The position numbers were made by a program, and so were the translations under genes. This document shows positions 36,203-49,000 of a stretch of DNA of 64,000 bases, in pieces. Source of the stretch: Amoebophrya sp. A120 (lineage: Eukaryota > Protista > Dinoflagellata). The DNA is taken from assembly GCA_905178155.1 (NCBI GenBank), contig CAJINV010000007.1:876627-940626 (forward strand). The letters are read 5' to 3'. The first letter of the stretch is position 1. The number at the start of each line of letters is the position of its first letter. A model generated the notes under the pieces. The model was not told the origin of the DNA. It did not search any database and worked only from the letters and a program-made list of their open reading frames with translations.

Positions 36203-37465
36203 GTGAGGGAATAACAATCACTACTATTTTTAAGCACACTTGCGCCCTCGGATGTCGTGTTCCGTTCTTGTTCTGTGTTGGTACCTGCGATGCTACTCTG
36301 CCATTATCGGTTCTTCCTTTATGACTGCTTCTCCGGAGAGATTCATATCGTCGTCCACCGCTCTCATCGGCACATCGAATGCCCTTGGTTTTTTGTTTTC
36401 GACTATTGTTCTTAAGCTCGACTTTCTCATTTTCGATCACCATGCTCTACGTTCTCGACTTCGACGTTCTCGTTCTAGTTCTCCATGCTCGACGTTCTCG
36501 ATCTCGATATATATGCTCTACGTCTTCGATCTCGACGTCCTTTCTTCTGTAGATTTAGTTCTCAACGTTCTCGGCCGGTCATTAGATCTTGTTCTCGACG
36601 TTCTCGACATGTTCTAGATCTTCGACTTCTCGTTCTCGATATCGACCTCGATTGCTGTGCCCCGAGCGATTTTTTCAGCCTGCGCTTCTCCGCCGCCTTT
36701 TCCTCTCATTCCTTTCTTTCAAGCACGTTGTTATCGTGGTTTTGTGGTCGGTGAACCGGTACCCCTGTCCGCCATAAAAATCTGTGTCACTTTAACAAGC
36801 GAGCACTCCCTTACACTTTCTCTTTCTTCTGCCTCACAGGGCAGCGAGTCTGTGTTCGGTGAGACGGCAGGGGCTGTAGTGCTTTCCTTTCTTTTTCGGT
36901 CTTCCCCCGAGTGAGTTCGGTGTGATTTTGTTATGCCCGAGCGAATCCGAGCTACCAAATATTCCTGTTCTCTGTTCTCATGCACACCTTTTGTATGAAA
37001 AAATTCAAATTTGATTTTAAGCAGGCGAGCAGTGAGTGCTACTGCTACCCTGCTGCTCCTGGGTCGTTTAGAGAATATAGAAGATTAGATACAGACCAGA
37101 CGTCGACCGTTTTTTAGAAGAGGTTCCTTAAAAATGCTCCGTTCGTACGTCTATCACTAGACAACCAAAACGCATTGTATAATAGACAAGAAGCCTGCCC
37201 ATGTTGTAAAGTGAAATATGGAGTTGTAAAGCGAAATATGGATATGGAGCAACAGGAATAGCAATAGATACTCGTTGCGCCAAGTACACTCCGTAAGTCC
37301 TTCCTGCAGCTGCCAAGCAGTGAATGACATATGAGAAAAAACCTTCTTTTGAATAAAAAACACGATGACTTCTACATGTGATTCCCATATGGATAACTAG
37401 CCGCAGCACGACCTTCCTGAGTGTACACCACGACTTCCTGAGTGTACAACACCCACACGACTACA
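32785..37465. repeat. Unit S (gatacagaccagac..gaccgttttttagaa...ctagaca.ccaaaacgcattgta) x3, plus a duplicated ~270-bp tail
   Basis: S at 32785-32864, 33747-33827, 37088-37179. Tail 32865-33120 resembles 37180-37465. Confidence 0.8.
35618..36017 (+). pseudogene. Diverged duplicate fragment of the lipase gene (copy of 55491-55884, including introner 35736-35907)
   Basis: Near-identical to 55491-55884 (caggagtcagattca...gatgctggcgc), with the same family-6 introner at the same cggat site. Flanked by truncated introners; no surrounding gene. Confidence 0.85.
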
Positions 37466-38779
37466 GGTGGAGGGTGTAAAAAATGATACAAACCGATACC
37501 AACGGCCTTCTATCGGTAGGAGTTGCAATCGTACTCCGAATCGTCATCGGTATCGTGCGGCCAAGCAAAATACTAGCACTAGAATCGGTGCGCCATAATA
37601 TATAACTTCGTCTGTCGTATCATCGTAATTCGTTCGTAAGTAATACTAATAGTAATAGCACAAGCAGAAGCAGCACAAGGACAAGCACTATCGTAGTAGC
37701 AGTACCGTCTTCCATCATGACTGAACATCGTGAAGACGCACACCAACAGGCACGACCCTGAGTCAAGGTAGTTGTATCAACTAAGTATGATCTCCCTGAC
37801 TTCTCATCTGATAAATCTTCGGCCTGTGTGTCAGTCGGGCGGAGCAGCATAAAGACCGTCGACCCCCGGCGGCTCGACGTCCTCGTTAGGTGGAAACATC
37901 TCGGGGTCGACCTCTTCGGGGTGGACGGCCAGCAGCTGCACGTCGTCGCCAAACTGTGGATCTCCTATCGTATGGAAAAACGAACCCACAATGTGGCTGC
38001 ATTGCAATTGCCAAAATAGGAAGCCTTGCATGACAAAATCGCGACCGCGTCGCATTTCCTGCATTACATACAAATCCTCTATATTGCGTGACAAACTTCT
38101 CCCTACCTTGCATGACGCATCCACCCAATTCGCCATGCTCAAGCTGCGACGCTAATGCCCATGCACAAGGCTGCGACGTGAATTCCCACTGTGGGTGCGT
38201 TTTTTGTCCCGGATAGCGGCCAGCTCATGCAAGCACGCCAACAGAAGCCCGGAATTTTTTGGGAACCACCCTACTACCATCTGCGCGCCGAGCCACCGCA
38301 TTCGGGCGATGCTCGCTGTCTTTGTACCAGGAAAAGAGTTTTGCAGCATTTCGATAACCTGAGTCGACATGGCCAAACCTTGACCATCAGAAGGACCAAA
38401 ACCGTGACCATATGCGTCGGTCATCTGAAGGGCTTTGGCCGCACATAAGAACGGGCATAAAAATCGAGTGAATACCTTTTTCCGCTCCTGTAAAAAAGGT
38501 ATTCGCGATTTTTGGGTGCCAAAAAAAGGTATTCAAGGGGGGGGCATAAAGGAGGGGCCAGCCGCTTTCGTCTCAGAAGCGGGCCACTATGAAGCGCGCC
38601 GGCCGTATGGGTGTTTTGCACCAAAAAATGCGCGCAAATCAAGGCCGGCCGTGGCCTTGCAGCTTTTTCAAGTCTTTGACACGTGCCCGAGCCGGTTCAA
38701 CTGTTTTCCTGGGCCCAGACCAAAGAAAAAAAATTTTATTTTTGAAAGCGAATACGTTTTTCATCGCTGTATAGCTCCC

Positions 38780-40054
38780 TGACTCATCTCATAAATCTTC
38801 GGCCTGTCCTTCAAATTTGCAAGTTTTCTGCAAGTTTTTTGCAAGTCTTTTGCAAGTCCTGGCGCAAGTTTTTTGCAAGTCCTTAGAGGCGAACATCCGC
38901 GCCAGGACTCACGAGACCCGGAATTCCGGGAGTCCTTCCACCGAAAACGCCTAAGTCCGGAAAAAAGTAGCTTTTTTGGTGCCCATACCATGCTGATTCG
39001 GCTGGTTTTTTGGGTCATTTTCGTGCGCCGGCGCGAGTTGGCCATGGCGCAAGCCACCTGGCAGGGGCCTCCCAAACTGCCTAGCCGTGGTCGCCTTCCG
39101 TGGCTACGCAGCACCGGGATTGGCCGTTGTTCTCGGACTAAATGCTGTGGCCATGATTTTCTCTCGCTAGTTTCTGCTCTCAGAATGCCTGCGCAGCATC
39201 GGGGGCGCAGCGGGTTTCTTTGGCAGAGTGGGGCTTCTGCGTGCACAGCCAGAGAGGCAGCGCCCTATGGCCACGGCCTTGCGCCCACGGCTAGTCTAGG
39301 GCAGCAGGGTGCTGGGGCGTGTTCTGCCTCGCCCCGCCCAAGCTAGCGGGGCTGGCGGGCGAGCCTGGCGGCCTCCCTTGGTGACTTCGTGGCGCCCTAT
39401 TAGCGTCTCTGCCGGCGTGCGCCCTCTGCACCTGGCAGCAGCCTTGGCGCTGTCTCCCCTACCTTGTCTCCTTCGGGTGTATAGGGCAGGTGTGACTTCG
39501 CCTCTTCTGAAGAGGCCAGCCGAACAAAGTCCATTTTTTCGGGCCGTCAGGCCATGGTGGGAAATGTTATCCCCGATCTATTGCTGGTTGTGCGGGCGCG
39601 GCGTGCCACACCATGCAGGATGGATCCGGGACACTTTGGGGCCGCACGGTATAGCGGCCTGCGTTTCTGGTCAATGAGGTGCCGGGGCTTGGCCCAGTGT
39701 GTGGCGGTGGTTGTTGCAAGAATGGTGGCAGGGAGCGGTCGCCGCTTCTACCAGTCCAGTGCGCCTTTTTTGCTATGTTGGCACCACCGGGCTCCCAGCC
39801 CGCGGCACCGTGCGCCATTCGCGTCCGAACGGGCGCGGGGGGACAGGCTATCGCCACCCGGCCGAGCCGCCCACCAAAAAAAACGCCCCGGGGGGCGGCG
39901 CCGGGGTTATACAGACGCTTGTGGCGCCTGCCGTCTGCTGCTGAAAAAGCCGCGTGTGCGCAAGTTTTGCGCAAGTCCGCAGCAAGTTCTCAAATCGTCC
40001 CGCACTATCCACCGTTTTGGCTCTAATGACTCATCTCATAAATCTTCGGCCTGT
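38780..40054. repeat. GC-rich 1.27-kb cassette flanked by perfect 28-bp direct repeats
   Basis: tgactcatctcataaatcttcggcctgt at 38780-38807 and 40027-40054; degenerate third copy at ~37797-37826; gcaagt-based tandem units just inside both ends. Confidence 0.75.
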
Positions 40055-40117
40055 TCGTCAGTGTGCGGGTCCGTCATCTGCTGTCGGAGGGTCCACCAGG
40101 TGTTCGACGCATTTGCC

Positions 40118-40995
40118 TTACAGAGGGCGGTCTCCTGTGGATGACGCCGACGCGTCTGCATTCGAGAACAACCGAAACCAGCAACAGCAGCGGAATAGTA
40201 CGGTGGATAACGGACGGGATGAAACGGAAGAAAGAGGCTCGAAGCAAGGAGATAAAGATGAGAATTTGTAATGCAGAGTTTCTGATGCAATTAAATCTGT
40301 AGATACAAATTTCACACGATAAGCTTCGCCTTTCTTGCAAAAATAAACAGTTTCTCAGTCCTAAAAAACCCCTTTTAATTTACATGCAAGTAGCACACGC
40401 ATACAGCAGAAAGAAAGTTTTATACAAAAGAAAGGACTGACTTACTGTTTTTTCGAAGCTTTATAAAGAAGTAGCTAAAGACATCACCACCATGATTTCG
40501 ATAGGATCACGGACCGGGGTTTTAAAAAAACATCGATCAAGTGGTCGAGTTCAAAATTACTATGCCCCGGCTCCGTGATCAAGTAAATTTTACTCTTTTC
40601 GAAAAGCAACAAAGCATCGGAAAAAATAAATTTGTGATGCAAGAGCTCCAGTAGGTTGTAATGCAAGATCAGAAATCAGGTGGTGAAGTAAGTTCCAGTA
40701 CGTGTGAAATTTAGAAAGAAACTATCAAAACGCGATGAACTTTATCTCAGCTTCGAGCTACTTACGAACAGGCTTCAGAGTCGCCGCACATATATGGGCT
40801 CAGCATGAAAAGACTGGGTTTAGGCTAGCGCTCAAGGCGAGGAAGAAGAAAGCTTTTTTCGCGAAGACCTGAAAACTCACAACGGGCGCAGACCATTGCA
40901 CACCAGACATGGCGTTTTACTTGTGAGATGTAAGCTGTTCCGAGTACGTTTAATTACAGAGGGCGGTCTCCTGTGGATGACGCCGACGCGTCTGC
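40118..40995. repeat. Perfect 42-bp direct repeat pair ~840 bp apart
   Basis: ttacagagggcggtctcctgtggatgacgccgacgcgtctgc at 40118-40159 and 40954-40995. Confidence 0.85.
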
Positions 40996-42556
40996 GTTAG
41001 ACATTCTAATATGCATTACAATTTTTTTTGTTAAGGCAAATCTGCATTTTGTAATGCAATTTATACTAGTACGATGCTTTTGCAATGAAAGTCGCCGTCT
41101 ATTTCTGTTTAGGAGTGATAAAACACTCTCGGTATCAGCGCGCGTGCTAGTGCGCGCGCAGGAGGCATGGGGCAGGATGTCTGCGTGCCCGCAGGAGAGA
41201 AGGAGAAAGATCGAGCGTCGCCTACCCCTCCGCCTACCGGAACACGGCGCACAGGCTCGTCTTCGGTCATTATTTAATTTCTCAGACACTCAGTTTGTGA
41301 GAAATTAAATAAACTACTCCCGGAGTTGTATGTGCATTGGAAAAAAACAACTCTGCCGGAGTCGTGTGTGCGGGAACATAAATGCCCGGCGACTTTCCTG
41401 TGTGGGCATGCCTGTATCCTGGGTGGGTGTGTGTGCCTGATGCCCGTGCCTGTTATATTTGTGTAGAAAGTAACAGGTACAACTACAACTATAAGAAAGT
41501 CGGAAGAGCATAAGTTTAAGCGACGCGAGTAGTTTTTGCATTTTTTCAAAGCAAAAAGAAAAAGCTGACGCCAGGGCTGCGGACTTTCGCCGACGTCGAC
41601 GCACACGCTCGGGAGTATTAATTTATCTAAAACTTAAAGCCCAACATTTTTGCACGTATCTCGACCGGCTTCTATGGTGAGGTTAGGTCCTACGACTTTG
41701 ACTGTCCGGAAACTGGATGAAAGTGCACAACCCCCCCTCCCCCTCGTAGTTTTTATGGCATCAACAGCATTACAGGTGGACCCTCTCGTGCATGACAACT
41801 TCATGCGCCGAGTGTAGTATTGTTTGGATTTCTTCCACCGAAATTTGTCATGCACGCGGTTCCACAACAAGGGAGATAGCAACTGGATTTGGGTTTTTGT
41901 GTGACAAATGAGGGAAGGGGGATGGGGTTGTGCACTGTCATAGGCTGGCGCATGCTTGTGCAAAGTTTGCAAACGTACTCCTTGCGGTCCAAAACGAGAT
42001 GGAAAGAAGATGCGTTCTCCCTGGTACGACTGCGTGAGTATGTGCTTCCGGTAAGCTTAAAGGATTTCGATGGAATTCGTAAAGCTCAGTTTAGTGGCGA
42101 CAGAAAAGCTTCAAGGATCCTCTCACTCTTTCCCATTAGGTAGACAGGGGGCTGCGCATCCTAATATAAACGTAGATCAGATCAAGCTTCACAGACGTTC
42201 ATTTCTAGTCTCGTTCCAACTCTTGATCCTAAATCGCGCTCTTAGCTAGGATTCCAATTTTGCTTTCTACCTTCCCTCCTCTCCCTTGGAGCTTTTCTAC
42301 TTAGAACTGGACATACCTCACGTATTCCCAGAAGATCGACGGTGGCCCACTTCTTGGGAAAGTGCCTCAAACTCAGCGCTCTGTCTTCGTTCGCGTCTTA
42401 TTTCTTTCGATGTTCTGAGAAAGATCCGAAGACACAAAGGATACACACTGATCCCGCTGGGCCTCCGTCGACACGGATACGCGCAGGGCAGGAGCAAAGT
42501 ACGACCCTCGAAATTTTCGGAGCGATAAAAAGACGACCGCGCCGGACGAGACCACG

Positions 42557-43090
42557 TTGGAGGTGCCTCAAGACGTCGCCCACAACCCATTCTACCGTGG
42601 GCCAGTTCGGACTTGCCATACGCCGAAGACGGCGTTGGCCGTGACCGCCCCCGAAGCGTTGGCCGTGACCGCCGGAGACGGCGTTGGCCGTCGGGTTTTC
42701 GTTTCCAAACAGGAAAATCTGGGCAAGAGAATCAAGGACAACGCGAGCAATGCATGGAAAAAAACGAAGGAGATCTTGAAAACCAAAACCGCGAAGATCG
42801 TTGGGGCGGCTGTCGGAGCGGCTGCCGGAGCGGGGCTCCTGACGGTGGGGGCTGTTCGGCACTTGCGCAAGAAACGCAGCGCAGGCGCAGGCGCCGGCGC
42901 CACTGCGACGACCGAGGACCCGGCGACGACCGGGCCCGGGAGCTTTCTGCAAGAACAAGCAGAAAAAGAAGGCGACAGCTTTCATCTGCACGAATACGAT
43001 GCCGCGGCTACGCCGGCGCCGGCTCTGGTGCTCGCCAAGGAGGATGTCGCGGCCGTCTCCGATGGCGACGTGCCGGCGACCGCCTTGTAG
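42557..43090 (+). CDS. Hypothetical Ala/Gly/Thr-rich protein with one hydrophobic segment, no introners
   Basis: 177-aa ORF with coding-like composition, IVGAAVGAAAGAGLLTVGAV segment and GSFLQ motif. True start unclear (possible frameshift from ORF 42342). Confidence 0.4.
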   Translation: MEVPQDVAHNPFYRGPVRTCHTPKTALAVTAPEALAVTAGDGVGRRVFVSKQENLGKRIKDNASNAWKKTKEILKTKTAKIVGAAVGAAAGAGLLTVGAVRHLRKKRSAGAGAGATATTEDPATTGPGSFLQEQAEKEGDSFHLHEYDAAATPAPALVLAKEDVAAVSDGDVPATAL

Positions 43091-46044
43091 GTGACAGCAA
43101 CTAGTACATCAAGGCGGCGTGTACTTTCAAGCCGCAACATAGCAAGCGGCTAATAAATATGAATATGTCACTTAAGTTTCGTTCTCTTTGTCGTGTCGTC
43201 GCTCGGCGTTGATGAAGAAGAGGACCACGACCAAAAACATATATGCGAGGAGAACGAGAAGTCGTTTATATAAATATAAATAATGTCGCGAGGGTGGTCG
43301 GACTCGTACATCATCAACATGAACTCTACACATATTCTTGAGACTCTATCGGCGCCAGCGCGTGAAGTATTCCACTCACCCGACAATTATTGCGCAGAAG
43401 TGTAGTGGTCTACAACTTGTTACAAAGAGAGTAGTGCCATGATCTCAGCGTTCTCGATAATAAGTAATAGCTATATATATCAAGCACGTAGAACTACAGC
43501 GCCGAACTTCTATCTCCAAGAACTCCGCACAGATGAATAGCGATAGCATCGAACAGAATACACTCTTCACCATCAAGCACGTAGAAGGAAGAAAAAAGCC
43601 AAGTTACCTTTCACCCGTACAAGATTCAGACCTCACGCACCAACAAGAAGCTGCGCCGCGCTACTTCCGTGGTGCAGCTGCAGGAGCCACGACCGTGGAT
43701 GACGAGGTGGATAAAAAGAAAATACTAGGACGATCGTCGCACGACACAGGAGTGACCACAGCGCGATGAACTTGAACAAGACGTCTTGTCCTAACTTGTG
43801 CGCCGACTGAGCAGCAGGACTCCGCGTGACTGCCTCAGTTTGTTTTTTTATCTTTTGTTGACTGGTATAGAGCTGCGGGGGAACTACACGCACAGTATTT
43901 TTTATGGAAGCGTCAGGATCGAAATCAACAAAATCGAAATAATTTGTGATGCATAAAATCGATACCAGTTGGAGCCTCAGTTTCCAAGTGTTGCATGACA
44001 AATTTTGGGAGCACCAAGACCCAGTCTGTCATGCTGCTTTTTAGGCCAAGAAGACTGCGCCTGGCATGCTACTCTGGTAGTACATGTTTAGGGCTAAACA
44101 GGCTTGCAATCGGTCTCATTTGCCCCCTCTCCAACACAGGCCTTACGGGCCTTGCATTTTATGCATTACAAATGTTTCGATTTTGTCGATTTCGATCCTG
44201 ACACTCCCATATTTTTGGTGGTGGGCAGCTCGTCCGCCGGATGACAAACGCAACGCCAGCTCCTTATGGCGTTCTCAACTGTTACATTCTTCACTGTTCT
44301 TGCATGAATTTGTCATGCAAGAATGGCAAAAATGAAAGCAAAGGAGGGAGCTTGCGCGTCTTGCATGACAGATGTGGTACAGATTTAGACGCTGTTTAGC
44401 CATTCGAGAACTTGTCATGCGAAGCAGCTTGATTGTCTGGTGGCTCAAGGTCATTTTGCATGACAAATCATGTAACAGTTGAGAATGTAACACTTGAGAG
44501 CGCCATACTCCTCTAGTGTAGTTGTCACGCCACTTAAAAATTATATCTCGAAGATGAAGCCCAAGCTTCACAATTAAGTATGAAGAGCACTACATCACAA
44601 TTTTGTATACTGGCCAGCTGTGATGTGTCGGCGCTTTCATCATACATTTTGCGCCGGCGCCGCTCAGCAGCGGCCAGCTTCTGCGTTACGAATCTTCGAC
44701 TCTCTTCACGACAGAGCAGATCGGGAGCTACAGTTTCACCCGAAAACAATATATAAAAACGATCCCGAAAGTAAGTAGAAGTATCTACTTACTTGTATGC
44801 TCGGGCTGTGTCTTTAATTTGAAGAGTTGAAGTAAAATCATATCAATCTCTATCCGGCAAGGTGGAGGACATCAAGGAGAAGCTCGCAGAAGAACCTACG
44901 AACTTCTATGAAAGGACCTGCCGGGGGCTGCATTGTTCAACATCTATCGCGCCTTTTTTCGTAGATCTGAATCGATTTCTTGTCGGTAGTCAGTATTGAA
45001 GGACTTTTTTTTCCTGCTGACGATCATCCACACACTTTTGATTGATCTGTTGTAAGCGACTTGCTTCTGACTGACGCCAAAAATAAAGTTCTGTTTGAAG
45101 AGATTTTCCAAAAATTCTGTTTGTATATCATTTTCTTGATGATTGATTGATTTCCACGGCACCAGCTCGGTGGTCTAGCTGGTCTTCGGTTTCATCCTAC
45201 ACTGAAAAATCGGTTAGCATAGGAGATGTCATTTCCTTTTCCATGCAAAAAGTATGGTGCAGCTGGCACTAGCACTACAGGAGAGACGGAACATTGTTTC
45301 TGGCTGTCGCTTTTTCTTTTTTGCGACTTCGAGATAGAGGATTCACAACATGAGTTCATTTCTGCGTGGAGGTGGATTTCTGCTCGAATGATCAGGAACT
45401 CATTTTGATCGTCTTTTTATTTTTGTAGTTTCTAGTAGTTGTGAACTACGCAGGTACAAACTTGATATTTACTTATCCCAAAATAAACAAGTATCAGTAT
45501 GAAAATGCTATACCTCTCTAGCATGAAGAAACAAAAAAAAATTAGGTGCAGTGAATAGACAGACGCTTAGTTATTATACCGGTGGATCTTCGCTTAGGCC
45601 TCCGGATTTTCATTATGTCTCACACCGAGACGGGCGCGATCTTCTTTTTGGTTTTCAGAAGTTTTTCCCCCAAATTGAGGAAGGTGCAAGCACAGGGGCT
45701 AAACAAGATGACTCAGCCATCAAGCAGGATGATGTTAATGTTTTACTTTATAGTTTTTGCACAATCTATCATGAGGAACAAACAGCACGTCGGCAGAAGA
45801 ACGAAAGAAAACGAAGCATTTAACTGTGACTTTTCTTTTTGGGGGTCAGTTTCTCTTTACCGTTGTCCAATAAAGTAAAAATAAAACGAGCTCGCGTTGT
45901 TTGCTGAGCCGAATTTTTTTTTTTCCGGTGCCGAATTGAGACGAGCACGCGAAGAAAAAACTGTACGCAAGGAACCACGGGCCGCTGCCACGGGCAGCAA
46001 CTCATACATTTACGTACCAGGAGCATAAATAAACCGAAACCACC

Positions 46045-49000
46045 ATGCCGGGCATCGTGTGCCGGCCGTGTCCCTGCCACTGTATTTCCCGCCGTCGTTA
46101 CAACCTGGCGGCGGACGAATACTGGGCCCTCTGCCCCGGCTTATCCTCTGCAAAAGTATCGTGCTCGTAGTAATCGCCGTCATGCATTACAAATTCCTTG
46201 GCTATGGCAAACCCGCATTACAAATAATTCCATTTCTCACGCTGAGCGAATTTGTCATGCGATTGCTACTAGTACGATACTTTTGCAGTTCATACGGCCG
46301 ACTCTGCTGCTACGGCTGCGTAACCCTCTGCGTCACGTATTGCCATTCCTGGTCGGTGTTTGCCTTTCTCTCCGCATTCCTTTCCGGGAGTCAGGTGATT
46401 TTGCTCTACAGTAGCTACGAGTGGGATTGGTCGAGGGAGTGGTATTGGGGCTCGGAGAAGATATGCACTGCAAAAGTATCGTACTCGCATAAAAATAAAT
46501 GCATTACAAATTTCCTCAGCATGAGAAATTTGACTTAACAAAAGGATTTGTGATGCATGACTGCACTACGAATGCGATACTTTTGCACAGGATAGAAGAG
46601 CTTTTTGGTCTACTTGTGGTTCATCTTCCTCCTCGATTTGGTCTTCTTCGAATTATTATCAACTAAAAACATGTCTGGGTCTGGAAGAGTGCAAGGTTTG
46701 TCATGCTGGTTTTGCCTGGCCCAGGAGGTCGGGAATGCGAGCGATAGCATTACAAATTTGGAGATGACTCTGCATAGCATCTCCTATCCAGCATGAGAAA
46801 TTGAAATGCCATCTTCACGTGCCAAAAATGGATGGCTTCTGCTGCTCACGCAACACAGATTTTTGTGTTGACCAGGACTAGCATGACAAACTCGGATTCT
46901 TCCAGACTCAGACATATTTGCAATGCATAATTATCAAGACGGGGCATCACGATTCGAGACGGGTTGGAGGACAGTTTGGATGTGGTGTACGAAGATAGCA
47001 AAACTACAACTCGACGGGCGGGTATCGCAAGAAAAAACTGTTTCACTGTAAACTTGTAATGCAGAAAATGCATCTGAGAAGTATTTGTCTTGCTACACAT
47101 GCAAGACTGTGGATTTTTAGCTGTGTTTTCCCTTAGGAATCTTGCATGGCAAATTTTCTCTGTGATGTAGAACAAACTTGTGATGCAAAACTTCCAAAAT
47201 CCTTACGGTGAAGCAATTTTTTCATACGATAGCGGGCGCTTCTCCGCTACTCGGCGCGCCAGTATTTGCAGGAAACTATAAGTATAACGGCGGGGGTGGA
47301 CAAGGAGAAGGACAACATCAAGATCATCAACATCAAAACACAACAAGTATGAAGAAGTACAGCCATGTCCACCCGGTGGAGATGAGTATGAAAGAAATGA
47401 GGAACATATCAAACAAAAAAGTGTTAACGTTAACGGTTTTCCTGGATTGTAAGTGTGCGTGACAAATTTTGCCTAGCATGCATGCTATGCATGACAAATC
47501 TGGGCACGTTTTGCGATGCATTACTGCATTACAAATTCCGTTAACGTTAACGCTTTTTCCTGTGATAGAACATGCTAGCTACGGATTGCAGAACCAGCTT
47601 GGAAAAACGACAACTACAAGCGGTGCAGCAACTTTCTCGTCGTCCTGCAAGAAGAAAAGCAGAAGACGCTGGTGCATATGTTGAAGAAGAGCGGCAGATG
47701 AATCAGCTAAAAATTGCATCACACCAACAAGACTTGGACTACAACAGCAACCGGAATTTCTTAGGTTTCGCGACCGCACAGTACAATGGCACGACCACGA
47801 CCGTAAGCTCTTACGACAAGAACCAAATCCACTACCGATTTCGGCGGGCGTCGCTGATGTACAACCCAATGAAACAAGTAGAACAGAACCAACGAAGATC
47901 CTGCTGTAGCAAGTCGAAGTCCAACTGCACCGTCTTAGGCAGTGTGAAATGGTGGATGAAGATCCGGTTTACCGTCCTCGACCCGACGATTTTCATCTTC
48001 CTCAGCACCATGTACTTTGGCGTGTTTGACTTTTACCACACCTACCAGATCGGGTTGATTAACCCCTTGATCGCAAGTGAGCACCAGAAGCAGGGGTATT
48101 TGTCGTTTTACCAAACGCTCTACTATCGGGGATGCCTGTATGGATGTGTCTGAATCGAAATCGACAAAGTTGACATGATTTGTCATGCTTAAAATGCAAC
48201 CCACAGAGTGCCTGTCTTGCAGAGTAGGTAAGTGAGACAGATTGTAAGCCTGTTGAGGGGTAGAAATGGTAATGGATCCGCTAAAGTAGCGTGACAAAAG
48301 GGGTCTTCGTCTTCCCTACACAAACAGCATGACAAACTGGATTTCGGATCTACCAAAATTTGTCATGCGCCACTTGGAAACTGGGTCACAACTGGCAACC
48401 ATTTTATGCATCGCAAACTATTTCAACTTTGTCGATTTCGATCCTGACAGTTCCATAGCCTGCGGAACGCCAACTACCGCTGGGCGTGGCGGAATCCGAA
48501 TGATCCGAGTCAAGGATTTGCAGAAAATTTGATAACGGATGATGAAACACCATTGAACGCCGTCAAGGCGAGCCAGGAGATTTTTTTGGAAAAGGCGTGT
48601 GGGCATTTGAAGCCGATTGCTGGTGATCTTCACCTTCAGAATGTGAATGGCCGCGGCAGCTCGTCATTTTTGCAGCGAGGACGGTCGTGGAGAGACGATG
48701 GCATCAGCAACAGCCTCTACAAGAACGGCAAAAATCACCTCAAATTTGATATTCCCACCACTTCCGGTTCCGTCCAGCCTTTCGTGAGTTCTTGGAGCAC
48801 GACCGAGCAGGGTGTTTCGGTAGATTTTTTTGGCCTTGATAAAGCTTCATTTCGGTCTGGAGATCCTCGTGGTGCGCCACGACGGAAAAAAAGGCTGAAG
48901 CGAAATTTCAGCGGGAAGAGCCTTTTCGGGAGTGATTTAATGGAGCCTTATGTGGTCAATGAACAAGTACAAGAACAAAACTACTCCTCTCTTGTAGTTA

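Noticed and set aside
37831-38424. Minus-strand two-exon gene around element 37966-38215
   Set aside because: The DR is degenerate and there is no domain or clear start; possible but unsupported.
40027-40062. Hammerhead ribozyme on the minus strand (CTGACGA...GAAG)
   Set aside because: Lacks the GAAA core and stems; the CTGACGA part is not conserved in the other copies.
44440-44452. Dinoflagellate spliced-leader relic (tggctcaag)
   Set aside because: Short match lying inside a family-5 introner.
43633-44749. Minus-strand gene spanning introners 43903-44211 and 44265-44507
   Set aside because: Splicing gives only a short product ending soon after the second junction, with no recognisable domain.
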